In this document: positions 25,817 through 35,682 of the stretch, in pieces | Numbering within the stretch: the first letter of the stretch is position 1 | How the letters are laid out: each line of letters begins with the position of its first letter | From: a virus | Lineage: Duplodnaviria > Caudoviricetes | IMG/VR virus record: IMGVR_UViG_3300024331_000152 | Location: 32,001 to 96,000 of that record | Reading direction: 5' to 3' (one strand) | Length of the DNA: 64,000 bases | Made by a program: the position numbers and the translations under genes | The notes under the pieces: generated by a model | What the model saw: only the letters and a program-made list of their open reading frames with translations | Told to the model about the DNA's origin: nothing | The model's database searches: none

Positions 25817-26149
25817 ATGCCGCTATATGCGAAACCCGGCGAACGTCAGTACGATGGAACACTTCCCTTTCCCGGAATCGTCTATTGCTCTGACTGCGGT
25901 GCGCCGATCATTGACACGCCAACACATCACTATACTCACCGCATTCGAGTTCATTCTGTAAAGATCCAACTTGAGCGTTTGCCGACAACAAAACCAGCGA
26001 TTCTTCCACATGAATATAAGCCTCGGATCAGTGAAGAGGATAGCTGTCTGTGTGGCGCGTGCTTAGAGGGCAATTGTCTAGCCTGTGACGGCGGAGAGTG
26101 TAGATGTGTGTGTGCGCTCGAAATGGACGAAATCAGAGTTCGCCGGTAG
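25817..26149 (+). CDS. Cys-rich hypothetical protein (leaderless)
   Basis: TGATAAACT-GCGCGC-ATG; multiple CxxC. Confidence 0.55.
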   Translation: MPLYAKPGERQYDGTLPFPGIVYCSDCGAPIIDTPTHHYTHRIRVHSVKIQLERLPTTKPAILPHEYKPRISEEDSCLCGACLEGNCLACDGGECRCVCALEMDEIRVRR

Positions 26150-26165
26150 ATGAGCAGGTGTGGTG

Positions 26166-26519
26166 ATGCCGATCCTCTGCTTCGATAAACCGAAGAAGCT
26201 CCGCTCAACTGAGGAACATAATGAGACCTACCAGTCCGATACGAATATCGCCGGTACCTACGTGCCGAACATGTCAGAAGAAGACAAGCTGAAGTGGAAG
26301 GCGAAGCTGATCAAGGGAGACGATCCGCGCGTCGAGATTCGCAAGACAGTAAGTGGCCACGAGCCTTACATCCGCTGGCCACACTCCGCGCAGATCCTGA
26401 TCATCGTTAGGCCTTCTTTGGTCGTGATGTCGGCAAACAGCCGGATGATCTTTGACAGCCAAACATGGATAGAGCTGGCGCAGGCGGTGGCCGAGGCACA
26501 GGAAAAATTGCGCGCTTGA
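26166..26519 (+). CDS. Conserved phage hypothetical protein
   Basis: IAGTYVPNMSEEDKLKWKAK..RVEIRK. Confidence 0.6.
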   Translation: MPILCFDKPKKLRSTEEHNETYQSDTNIAGTYVPNMSEEDKLKWKAKLIKGDDPRVEIRKTVSGHEPYIRWPHSAQILIIVRPSLVVMSANSRMIFDSQTWIELAQAVAEAQEKLRA

Positions 26520-26686
26520 CAAGATAAGCAGGTAAGGTCCAGAATTAGGACAATTTGCCAGCCCACCTTTGGATATGTTCGCAGTAAAAACCTCGCCGTA
26601 AGACCACTTCCTGATCTACTCAAAAAATCTTCCAATTTCTGGCAAAACAAAGTCGGAGGAATCCGACTTTTTGCTATAGTCTCCCC

Positions 26687-27301
26687 ATGGCCGCAAATTT
26701 AATTCCAATCCAGACGGTTATTACGCCTTCTCGGCGCGAGAAACTGTGGATAAAGGAAGGTAAGAAATGTCACTGGTGCGGCCAGCCGACTCGCCTTGGC
26801 AGTTACAAGCCGGACGGCACACTCGCGTGGAACAGCGCAACGACAGATCATGTTCTTCCGCGCTGGAGGGGCGGCAGCGACGACGAATCAAATCTTGTGT
26901 CCGCCTGTCATCTCTGCAACAACCGTCGTTCTCATGAAGATGCGTGCGGCATTCCTGATGGATCAATGCTTGGCAAATACGACCCAGATAAGGGGATGGT
27001 TTACAAAGGAAAGAAGGGTCCTATGGTTCGCGTAGCACTGACTGGCGACGAAAAGAAAGCCATCATGAACGGCAAGTCTGTAGCACCGATGGTATCGGTC
27101 GTGACGTTACAAGATCTTGAGGAAGTAAAGAAACAGCGCGACCATGCGTTTAAGGAGGTGGCGCAGGCTAAATTCACCTGCGAGAGCCACCGGCTCGCTC
27201 TTGAGGAAGTAAAGGCTGAGCTACAGGTATGGAAGTCGATGACGGTATGGATGCTGATCCGGCTCCGGATCGCGGAATGGATTGTGCCGAAAATTAAGTG
27301 A
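26687..27301 (+). CDS. HNH endonuclease with coiled-coil tail
   Basis: CHWCG..ATTDHVLPRWRGGSDDESNLVSACHLCNNRR. Confidence 0.85.
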   Translation: MAANLIPIQTVITPSRREKLWIKEGKKCHWCGQPTRLGSYKPDGTLAWNSATTDHVLPRWRGGSDDESNLVSACHLCNNRRSHEDACGIPDGSMLGKYDPDKGMVYKGKKGPMVRVALTGDEKKAIMNGKSVAPMVSVVTLQDLEEVKKQRDHAFKEVAQAKFTCESHRLALEEVKAELQVWKSMTVWMLIRLRIAEWIVPKIK

Positions 27302-27911
27302 TCATGATCTGCGCTGTGTGCAATAATTGCGAGCATGAGTCCGGGAGGACATATGCCAGAAGTTGTTGTGAAAGAAAGCAACGGACACGAGTCCACGTTT
27401 AAGGGGATCGACAAAATCCTTGTTGAGTCCGACCACAGCCTGATCTTGAAGCGCTGCGGAGCAGAACAAAAGCGCGTTGTTCCTGTGAAGATCTTCTGGG
27501 GATTGCTGGAATTCGAACGCGTCGTAGACGAGACCGTTGATGTTCCAGTCGCGCGCTTTATGTCATGGCACGCCTACTGGGTCGATGGCGTCAAACACAC
27601 TGCATGATCTGGTCGTTTCATACGTCGATGGATCTCGTACCGAAGCGCGGAGATATTGTTCAGACTTTTGTAGGCGACCGGCGTGAGCGCACGTGGATGG
27701 TCATCAAGGCGCGTCGGATAAACCGGTCGCAATCTCCATTTCCTCGCTATGAGCTTTGGACGGTGCGCTGGTGGGAAATAGAGCCAGAGCTAAGAGTCAG
27801 ACTATGGCGTAGCGCTGAGCGTAACGGCGGTCAGAACGTTCTCCGCTACAAAGTGGAACCTCTCAAACAGAAACCACAAAAGAAGCGATCCTTTGAGGAG
27901 TACATGCAACG

Positions 27912-28664
27912 ATGATCGAACACGAGATTGCCACGAAGACAGTAAGTCCGAACGCATTCTTTTGGATGGTGATAGATGCGTTGTCTAACAGCAGGAGGTT
28001 GTCCTGTGTTCGTATGGCCGATGGCGAGAAGGCAATTTGGAATCAGGCGATCAGGCAGAAGCGATCCGATCCACTACAGACGCCGTTCAAAGATATTCCA
28101 GACTGGGCCAAGACCTACGGCGTAGACAGCATCACGGCTGAAGAGATCATGCACCGGCTGAGCTATGCGGCCACCTTCTGCACGCACTTTGCACCATCTG
28201 TCAGCGGCCTGCGACATGAAGCGTACAACCTGTACGACATTTGGAAGTCTCGGACCTTCTATATCGACAACTTCTTTGTGGATCAATGGAGCGACGATCA
28301 GAAAACCGAGCTATTCAAGACTGCCGGTCATGTTCTCTTCATCCATCGCAACGCGAACACCGCCGACTCGATGCAGATCCGCGTGCAGGCCAACCTTGGC
28401 GTCAAAGTTCATTTTATTAAGCTCGACAACTGGCGGGAGTGCTCTGAGGTAGCAGAGAAAGCGCTCGTCAACACAGCACCGCTGGTTCTTTTTAGTGGCG
28501 GTCCGGCAGGCAAGTACCTTGCACCGGACATTATGCGACGATCAGCGCTGCCTAAAGTTGTGATCGATCTCGGGCATGGTGCCGACAAATTCACTTTCTC
28601 GCACCTGCCGATGGACCGGAAGGCTGCGGAAGCATTTCATGCGGAATGGAGCAAGAGACAATGA
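27912..28664 (+). CDS. GT-D-fold-like glycosyltransferase
   Basis: LSCVRMADGE, LVLFSGGPAGK, VVIDLGH motifs. Confidence 0.6.
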   Translation: MIEHEIATKTVSPNAFFWMVIDALSNSRRLSCVRMADGEKAIWNQAIRQKRSDPLQTPFKDIPDWAKTYGVDSITAEEIMHRLSYAATFCTHFAPSVSGLRHEAYNLYDIWKSRTFYIDNFFVDQWSDDQKTELFKTAGHVLFIHRNANTADSMQIRVQANLGVKVHFIKLDNWRECSEVAEKALVNTAPLVLFSGGPAGKYLAPDIMRRSALPKVVIDLGHGADKFTFSHLPMDRKAAEAFHAEWSKRQ

Positions 28665-28987
28665 CTGGTATTCAGATGATCGAAGCCGAGCGCGTTCGGC
28701 AGATACAGGTTGAAGGCTGGTCGCCAGAACACGATGACCTTCATGACAGCGGCGAGCTGGCGGCAGCGGCTGAGTGCTACGTGGGGCTGGCAGCAGATCA
28801 GGAAGCTGGCCTACCTCAGGTGACAGTGGTGCCGTTGCAATGGCCCTTTGAAGAGAAGTGGTGGAAGCCACGGGACCAGCTCAGGAATCTTGCCCGGGCG
28901 GGGGCCTTGATCGCGGCAGAGATTGACCGCATCATACGAGTGGAGGAGAAAACCCATGGAGATCGCTCGCAGCCAAGTGAACGATGA
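28661..28987 (+). CDS. Conserved phage protein (ERxRQ..EGW..EHDD family)
   Basis: AERVRQIQVEGWSPEHDD..GELAAAA..WP..WWKP..RNLARAGALIAAEIDR. Confidence 0.75.
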   Translation: MTGIQMIEAERVRQIQVEGWSPEHDDLHDSGELAAAAECYVGLAADQEAGLPQVTVVPLQWPFEEKWWKPRDQLRNLARAGALIAAEIDRIIRVEEKTHGDRSQPSER

Positions 28988-29137
28988 GATCTGTCGGTTA
29001 ACCTGTGCGGCCTATGACAACCTTCATAGCTCTGACTGTCCCTACACACAAGAGAGGTGGAAGCAGCAGGGATGGGCTCGTAATGACCAATTTAGGGTAG
29101 CAACGCCAAAGGAAATTCGGGAGTCGAAGGCGGCATA

Positions 29138-29401
29138 ATGGTTGGCGGCAAAGTCATCAACATCGTGAAAGTCGAAGACGGCGTCTGGGTCCAGTGTCTG
29201 GACAGAACCTACTCAGAGCAGACGTGCGCGATCCGCGTGAAGGATGCTAAAGAGATGAAGGTCGGCGACTCGCTCTGGTGGCAAGGTCGGCATGCCTACT
29301 GGACGCCGAAGCCGGATGATGGTCGTGAGGATGTCAGGTTGGAGAGGATCGGCTACAGCCATTCATCGATCCCGGAAGATGCGATTAAGGCTTCTTTTTA
29401 G
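29138..29401 (+). CDS. Hypothetical phage protein
   Basis: MVGG..GDSLWWQG..AYWTP..RIGYS. Confidence 0.6.
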   Translation: MVGGKVINIVKVEDGVWVQCLDRTYSEQTCAIRVKDAKEMKVGDSLWWQGRHAYWTPKPDDGREDVRLERIGYSHSSIPEDAIKASF

Positions 29402-29661
29402 AGGCGTCTTTCTTCGGCCTGCCACCGTTGTAATGTTCACGAGGGTGTGATTTTTTGGCCAGCTCGGAGAAGTATTTCTTCCCTCTCTTCTTCTTGAGCT
29501 TTTGCGCTGCTTTCCGGGCAATGATCGAATAGAAATCTGGATTATCCTTTGTTAGTTTTTCTTCTGGTTCTTTCTTCTTTTTAGATGTGGAATTTGCGCG
29601 CGTCATGGGCGTAGTATAGGCGAAGATCGATTGCGAGTCTATCGGTTTCCGGGAGAGAGAA

Positions 29662-30690
29662 GTGAATAACCCCATCGTCCCATCTCTGGACAAGATCCTG
29701 CCGAAACGTCGTAAGCAACTTCACCAATCTGGCATCGAGATGTTGTCGAAATGCGGCATCCAGTTTGAGTTTCGCTACCTCCAAGGGTTGAAGCGTAAAC
29801 CAAACGCCTTCCTGATCTGCGGCACCGCGACCGACAAAGCTGTTGGTACGGATCTCGATCACAAGATCGACACTGGGGAGCTGGAAAACGAGAATGTCCT
29901 CCTCGATGTGGCTCGCGACACCGTCGAAAACTACCCCGACAAAGATATCGAGCTTGACGAAGACGAAAAAGGCAAGTCGGTAAACGACGTTCTCGGAGAG
30001 ACAAAAGATAAAGCTGTCCGTCTTGTAAGAGCCCATCATGCCGAACTTGCCCCGACGATACGGCCTGTGGCCACCGCAAAACGATTCGCAATTGATCTCG
30101 ATCCTTTTCTTAGGATGAGGGCCAAAAAGCTGCGAGAAAGAGCTGAACAAGTTTCAAAGCCACTTGCGCGCGTGCTGAACCAGCAGGCGCGGTACCTCAA
30201 TATCGCCGCGCGCAACGGGCTCGATTTTGTTGGCGAGTTCGATATTGTCGAGAAGTGGAATGAGGGGCCTGATGGGACCGAAACCGTAGTCAGTGTTATT
30301 AGAGATACTAAGACTTCAAGGAAATCCCCTAATCAGGATACGGCGGATTCCAGTCATCAGTTGTCGGCCTATGCCGCTGCTCACAATGTTCTATATGGAA
30401 ATAATCCTGATGCGGTGAAGCTGGACTACCTTGTCGATCTTAAAACAGGAACAAAAACAATGACGTTGGTTAGTCAGCGCGACGATACTGATGTACAGAG
30501 ATATTTAAACCGCATCGTTGCCGGAGTGATCCAGATGGAAAGCGGAAATTTTGTTCCTGCTCCAGACGTTGCTTGGTACTGCGATTCCAAGTGGTGTTCG
30601 TATTATCACATGTGTGAGTTTGTAAAACATAAGGACATTTCAACTCCTCAGCTCGTGACAATCAAGGGGACGACCGGCGATGCAGCCTAA
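29662..30690 (+). CDS. PD-(D/E)XK RecB/Cas4-like exonuclease
   Basis: LHQSGI..C..QFEFRY, GEFDIVE..IRDTKT, QLSAY, C-terminal CDSKWCSYYHMC. Confidence 0.8.
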   Translation: MNNPIVPSLDKILPKRRKQLHQSGIEMLSKCGIQFEFRYLQGLKRKPNAFLICGTATDKAVGTDLDHKIDTGELENENVLLDVARDTVENYPDKDIELDEDEKGKSVNDVLGETKDKAVRLVRAHHAELAPTIRPVATAKRFAIDLDPFLRMRAKKLRERAEQVSKPLARVLNQQARYLNIAARNGLDFVGEFDIVEKWNEGPDGTETVVSVIRDTKTSRKSPNQDTADSSHQLSAYAAAHNVLYGNNPDAVKLDYLVDLKTGTKTMTLVSQRDDTDVQRYLNRIVAGVIQMESGNFVPAPDVAWYCDSKWCSYYHMCEFVKHKDISTPQLVTIKGTTGDAA

Positions 30691-31417
30691 GTGCGATAAT
30701 CCGTCAGACTACGAGATGGAAGAATATAAAGCATGGCGTCGGCGCGTGTTTTGGACGCGTGTCAGTAAGGAACCCGGACTTGGTCCGCAAGGTGATTGCT
30801 GGGAATGGATTGCTGGAGGCACGCGGGCTGGCTACGGAACGATGTATTTTGCAGGCAGGAACCACTACGTTCATAGAATTTCGTGGTTTATATTTCATGG
30901 TTTATGGCCGACTTTGCACGTGTGTCACCGTTGTGATAATCCACCTTGCGTGAATCCAGATCATCTCTTTGAAGGCGACGATTCCGTCAATATAGCCGAT
31001 GCTATAGCGAAAGGACGAGCACGCCAAATGATAGATGGTCCCGGGCTTCGTGGTGAGACTCACGGAATGGTCAAGCTGACCAGCCAAGAAGTAATGGAGA
31101 TTCGTCGCCGGTACGCGATGCGTGAAAAAGTGCAGGTCCTCATGCAGAAGTATCATGTTACAGAGAGCTGTATTCGTATGATAGTGTGTGGCGAATCTTG
31201 GGCTCATCTTCCACTGATAAAGCGACCAAATAGCATAATGAAACTTCTGCCAGAACAAGTGCTCGCAATTCGTGCAAGTTCTCTATCTGCTCCTGAGCTT
31301 GCAAAACAATACGGCGTCCACCGCCAGACGATCTATAAAGTTAAATCCGGTCGGCCTTACGGAGACGAAGCCACTCAAATCTTGGAGGGAAAATGCCTGA
31401 ATCAAATCTCGCAGTAA
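30680..31417 (+). CDS. HNH homing endonuclease with HTH repeats
   Basis: CWEWI..GYG..VHRISW..VCHRCDNPPCVNPDHLFEG..N..D..KGR. Confidence 0.9.
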   Translation: MQPKCDNPSDYEMEEYKAWRRRVFWTRVSKEPGLGPQGDCWEWIAGGTRAGYGTMYFAGRNHYVHRISWFIFHGLWPTLHVCHRCDNPPCVNPDHLFEGDDSVNIADAIAKGRARQMIDGPGLRGETHGMVKLTSQEVMEIRRRYAMREKVQVLMQKYHVTESCIRMIVCGESWAHLPLIKRPNSIMKLLPEQVLAIRASSLSAPELAKQYGVHRQTIYKVKSGRPYGDEATQILEGKCLNQISQ

Positions 31418-32559
31418 TGTCGGCTGGCTCATCTGCAATGCAGGTAAGCCGTGAGTGGGAAAACCAAAAAGAGCTGATTATGCGGACGGTCGCCATAGGA
31501 CTCGACGAGGATCAGTTCCGCCTCTTCCTGTACGTTGCCCATGTACGTGGTCTCGATCCGCTCCAACGTCAGATCCACGCTGTCGTACGTAATACAAAGG
31601 AAGGCGACAAGTGGGTTCCAAAGATGACGATCCAGACCGGCATCGATGGCTATCGCGCCATCGCGAACCGGACCGGAACGTACATGCCGTCCGACAAGGA
31701 GCCGCGCGTCGAAGGTGCTGGAGGGGCAGACCTTCGTATCACGGTCTATGTGAAGAAGTTTCACGAAAAGTCTGGACAGTGGATGGAGTTCAACGCGACC
31801 GCTTACTACCGCGAGTACGTGCAGACCTATAAAGATCAGAGCGGCAAACAGGTACCCAACTCGATGTGGGCCAAAATGCCCATAAACCAACTCACGAAAT
31901 GCGCCGAGGCTCTAGCGCTCCGCAAGGGCTGGCCTGAAGAGCTTGGTCAGATCTACACCGACGAGGAAATGGGACAGGCAGACAGCTTTGCGCCGCCAGC
32001 GGACACGCGCCCCTCACAGCAAAACAAGACACAGCGAGAGGTTGGTACGCTCAAGCAGTCGAAAGAGCAGAATCGTGGACACGGCAACGAGGGCACCGAG
32101 AGACAAGCTCAACCAGACAAGACGATGTGTGCAGAGTGCCGACAGGTCGATGGGCACACTGCCGACTGCCCGCAGGGAAAGAAGGCCGCAGCCGCTAAGA
32201 AACCATCGTCCCGCGAGCGCTGGGAAAAGTCTGAAGGGCACGATCCGAAGATCCATATCAGCTTCGACGATGGCCTGCAACTCTTCGGCGTACAGAAGGA
32301 CTTGAAGATCTCGGATGAGGATATCAAGGCATTCCTCGACCGCGAGTTTAAGGTCCAGCACCGCTACCTCATCCGGCAGGATCAGTTCCAGAACGTCCTC
32401 AGTAAGCTGGCGGAAGTGTACGGCGAGAATCTTGATGCGGAACTAGAGGAAGAGCCCGAATCCGCCGAGGACGCGCCGCGCAATACCACAGCAGATGGCC
32501 TGTTTGATGAACCATCTGGCAACAAGCTGTCAGGAAAGCGGCACAAAGACCCGGCGTAG
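31393..32559 (+). CDS. bet: Single-strand annealing recombinase, Bet/RecT family
   Basis: FLYVAHVRGLDPLQRQIHAV, TIQTGIDGYRAIANRTG, WAKMPINQLTKCAEALALRKGWP. Confidence 0.85.
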   Translation: MPESNLAVMSAGSSAMQVSREWENQKELIMRTVAIGLDEDQFRLFLYVAHVRGLDPLQRQIHAVVRNTKEGDKWVPKMTIQTGIDGYRAIANRTGTYMPSDKEPRVEGAGGADLRITVYVKKFHEKSGQWMEFNATAYYREYVQTYKDQSGKQVPNSMWAKMPINQLTKCAEALALRKGWPEELGQIYTDEEMGQADSFAPPADTRPSQQNKTQREVGTLKQSKEQNRGHGNEGTERQAQPDKTMCAECRQVDGHTADCPQGKKAAAAKKPSSRERWEKSEGHDPKIHISFDDGLQLFGVQKDLKISDEDIKAFLDREFKVQHRYLIRQDQFQNVLSKLAEVYGENLDAELEEEPESAEDAPRNTTADGLFDEPSGNKLSGKRHKDPA

Positions 32560-32566
32560 GAGAAGT

Positions 32567-33382
32567 ATGACGAACAAAGAGCGAGCGGTCCGCTACCAAC
32601 GGGCCGCTGAAGCATGCAAGAAGGCGCGAGAGAATCTGCCGCCATACCCAACGGCGCTACTAGATTCTCTTGGCGCTTGTCCGCTGGACAACAAGTATGC
32701 GAAGTCGCCTCAACCGCAATTCCGAGGATGGACATGGTTTGTTGGTGGCTGTCCTGACGGGATGATTCCAAACAACGTCAGTGTGAGCCTTGAGAAAAGC
32801 GAAGATTGGGATCAATATGTCCCCGACGACATCGATCTTGACGATATTCATTACATGGGGATGTGGCGCGGTCGTACGTCATCGAAAGATCGAATCATCT
32901 ATTGCGTAATTCCGTCCTTCACACACGGTGAAGTCAGCCCGGGCGGCATAGTGGACGTCGGTGAAGAGAAGATCCGCATCGGGCAGTACACGCAGCAGGA
33001 GCTTGATGATCTAGTCCGTAAGGGTTGGGACATCATGCAGCAAATGATCAAAGAAAAGGGACGTTACGTTCCGGGAGGAATAAAAATGGGAAAGTCAGAA
33101 GTAGAAGAGATGCCATCGCCTAAACCAGCCGCATTTGTCGGCGCAAACAATCCCGCAATCGATGTGGATCATTTGTTCACCTACCACGCGCCGACGCCGG
33201 AACAGTTACCACGCTTCGCCTCGATCCGTGAAGGTGCCCGCATTTTTGCGCACATCATCCTAAACAACACGAAGCCGGGGCCGGATCAGACTTTTGCTAT
33301 TCGGCAGTTGGGCGACTGCGTGATGACCGCGAACAAGTCAATCGCACTGGAGCGCCCGCAACAAACACAGATAGTGAAATAA
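32567..33382 (+). CDS. Two-domain protein with C-terminal Acb2/Tad1-like helical hairpin (internal start at 33086)
   Basis: FTYHAPTPEQ..F.SIRE.A..FA..I..P..DQTFAIRQL..CVMTANKSIA; internal GGGAGG RBS. Confidence 0.55.
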   Translation: MTNKERAVRYQRAAEACKKARENLPPYPTALLDSLGACPLDNKYAKSPQPQFRGWTWFVGGCPDGMIPNNVSVSLEKSEDWDQYVPDDIDLDDIHYMGMWRGRTSSKDRIIYCVIPSFTHGEVSPGGIVDVGEEKIRIGQYTQQELDDLVRKGWDIMQQMIKEKGRYVPGGIKMGKSEVEEMPSPKPAAFVGANNPAIDVDHLFTYHAPTPEQLPRFASIREGARIFAHIILNNTKPGPDQTFAIRQLGDCVMTANKSIALERPQQTQIVK

Positions 33383-33405
33383 TCCAGATTCTGGATCAAT
33401 ATTGA

Positions 33406-33507
33406 GGCGAGGCCCGGAAGGTGTGATGGGGAGAGGTGTGGCACTGTTACGCTAGGTCGGGATAGGCGCGGTGTGGTAAGTGGGCGGAGTCCTCAATCTC
33501 CGCCCAC
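33406..33507 (+). repeat. GGY-NN pentamer mini-array (15 units) plus terminal hairpin
   Basis: GGCGA GGCCC GGAA GGTGT GATGG GGAGA GGTGT GGCAC TGTTA CGCTA GGTCG GGATA GGCGC GGTGT GGTAA, then GTGGGCGGAG/CTCCGCCCAC hairpin. Confidence 0.8.
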
Positions 33508-33523
33508 AAATTCGGGAGGGAAA

Positions 33524-34187
33524 AATGGCAAGACCGATGATAGAAGCGGTGTCGATGCGCTATGAGTTTACAAAAGAAGAGCGCGGCGATTTGGGGGCTG
33601 AACTTGCTCAGGTATATCAGGAGCGAGCGAAGCTCGATGAAGATAGAAAATCTATGGCCGCTCAGTTGAAGGAGCGCGAAGCGGGGATGGAAAACCGCAT
33701 CGGCACTCTCTCTCGGCAGATTACCGCTGGACACGAAATGCGGACATACGACTGCACGTTGCGCTGGGACTCGCCAAACGTTGGCGAGGTTTCGTATTAC
33801 AACAGCGTAACCGGAGAATTTGTCAAAGCTAGGCCAATGACCGTGGCCGAGCGCCAGCTCGATCTCCCGCTCCAGACCGAGGAACAGACAAAGCAGAATG
33901 TCGTCTCGTTCTTCAAGAAGGGTGGCGAGGTTGTAGAGGGAGGCGCAAAGGAGGGCGAAGAGACGCCGGGAGGCTCCGATGCTCCACCGGAGACGCCGCA
34001 GCCGCAGGGTGAAGCTGTAGCGACGCAGAGCGGCCCACCAGAGCCGCCTGCCGACTGGCACGGAAGTCTTGAGGAATATTACGCGCATGTCGGATATAAA
34101 CCGGAGCCACCGAAGCCAGTTCTCCCGGCGCGCGGGAAGCGCCCGAAGAAAGGTGTTGACACGCCGCCAGAAACTACGGTTCAATGA
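33524..34187 (+). CDS. Conserved phage hypothetical protein
   Basis: GGGAGG RBS; YEFTKEE..coiled coil..TGEFVKARPMT..ERQL. Confidence 0.7.
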
Positions 34188-34638
34188 AAGCTGCTCTGGT
34201 GAGTTAATCCCTCCAAGGTACCTCGCCCGCTAAGCGCCCGAAGGCCCCGTTCTCCTGTAACCTCGTCCCCCCGACAGGCTAAACAGAACGGGGCTTTCGC
34301 CTTTCCGGGTCTTCCACAATCAGGTACCTGTTTTGCAAACAATCCACAACAATTTTTGCTGTGGAAAACACTTGCGCGCAATTCTTGAATGCGTATGATG
34401 GCTGAGTCAGGCCGTACAACCTGATGCCTCAAACAGCGAAGTCAGCATCCGCGCCGGTCGGGGTCGGCTCCAATCGACCCCACCACCTCGCACTGAATCC
34501 TGCGTGAGGACACTGGCGTGTGGATTAAGGCTGAACTTTGCTGGATAGCTTCCAGCGGAAAATTGAGGCAATCCTATGCTTGACGCTCACAGAGCGCCAC
34601 AGGCACGCGCTAGTTTTTTGTCTTTTGAGGGATCGAAA

Positions 34639-35469
34639 GTGAATGAACTAAAAAAGCTACTTGATCGTCCCATTGCTTTTCATCGACCTTTCGTAAAAAT
34701 CACTGGCAGCGTTAATGGCGCGCTGATGCTTTCACAGGCTTTCTATTGGGCTAATCGCACCAACGATCCCGATGGTTGGTTTTACAAAACACAACAGGAA
34801 TGGGAAGAAGAGACCGGCCTCACCCGGCGAGAGCAGGATGGAGCAAGAGCGAAACTCCGCTCTGTTGGCGTCATCGAAGAAAAGCTCGTTGGGGTACCTG
34901 CGCGCCTCTATTACCGCGTGAATATGAAAGCTTTGGTTGAGGCTATGCACGAAACCGCCAAACTAGATGCACCGGACCCCCAGCCAGATGCACCAAACAG
35001 CCAAACTGTAGGCACCGAACCGCCAAACTCTATGCACGAAACCGCCAAACTATTAAAGAACAGAGACTACACAGAGACTACACAGAGACTACCTGACGCG
35101 GCAACTCCCGTGGAAAACCCAAAAAGCCCTCAGGTGCCTATCAAGTCTGAAATTACTTCGCATATGGTTGCGAAAGGCGTAATCGAAGAGCTAATGCTCG
35201 CAGGGAAAGATCTTGCAGTAAACCTTGAGGCAATTGCTCAGGCAGAACTAAAACGCGGCGGTAATCCAGACGACATCCGCGACCGTATGATCGCGGCGTG
35301 GCGGCTGTACGAACAGGAAAAGTCAAAGCTGGAGTACGTCAAGGGACCGGCAAAATTTTTCGGCGACGGCGACTGGCGAGATCCAAAGTCGTGGCCATAC
35401 CCGAAGGGATCGCGAAAAAAAGATCCTTTTGAAAATATGAAATTCATTAACTCTGGGGGGAAGAAGTGA
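34639..35469 (+). CDS. Phage replication initiator (wHTH)
   Basis: DRPIAFHR..TGSVNGALMLSQAFYW..GWFYKTQQEWEEETGLTRREQ; lies shortly upstream of dnaB. Confidence 0.75.
   Translation: MNELKKLLDRPIAFHRPFVKITGSVNGALMLSQAFYWANRTNDPDGWFYKTQQEWEEETGLTRREQDGARAKLRSVGVIEEKLVGVPARLYYRVNMKALVEAMHETAKLDAPDPQPDAPNSQTVGTEPPNSMHETAKLLKNRDYTETTQRLPDAATPVENPKSPQVPIKSEITSHMVAKGVIEELMLAGKDLAVNLEAIAQAELKRGGNPDDIRDRMIAAWRLYEQEKSKLEYVKGPAKFFGDGDWRDPKSWPYPKGSRKKDPFENMKFINSGGKK
34943..35092 (+). repeat. Iteron-like repeats (probable replication origin)
   Basis: CTATGCACGAAACCGCCAAACTA at 34943 and 35030 with degenerate copies between at about 22-bp spacing; ACAGAGACTAC x3 at 35060-35092. Confidence 0.7.
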
Positions 35470-35682
35470 AATCGCGAGAGCCAATTAAGACGGCGATGAT
35501 TCGGCATAACGAAGGCATGATCCGGGATCTGATTCTGATGCCGGATACGCAAGATGCAACAAAACACGTACTGCTTGTCAGGCAGACAAAATTCAATGGC
35601 GATGACGGTTCTGTTTCATCGAAACGTATGACATTCACCGAAGAAGAGATGCTCATGATCGCCAACTTCTGGAGTACGCGGC

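Noticed and set aside
29662-30690. Cas4 as an adaptation module for the arrays
   Set aside because: It sits beside Bet/RecT as a standard phage exonuclease-annealase pair, with no linkage to the RAMP genes.
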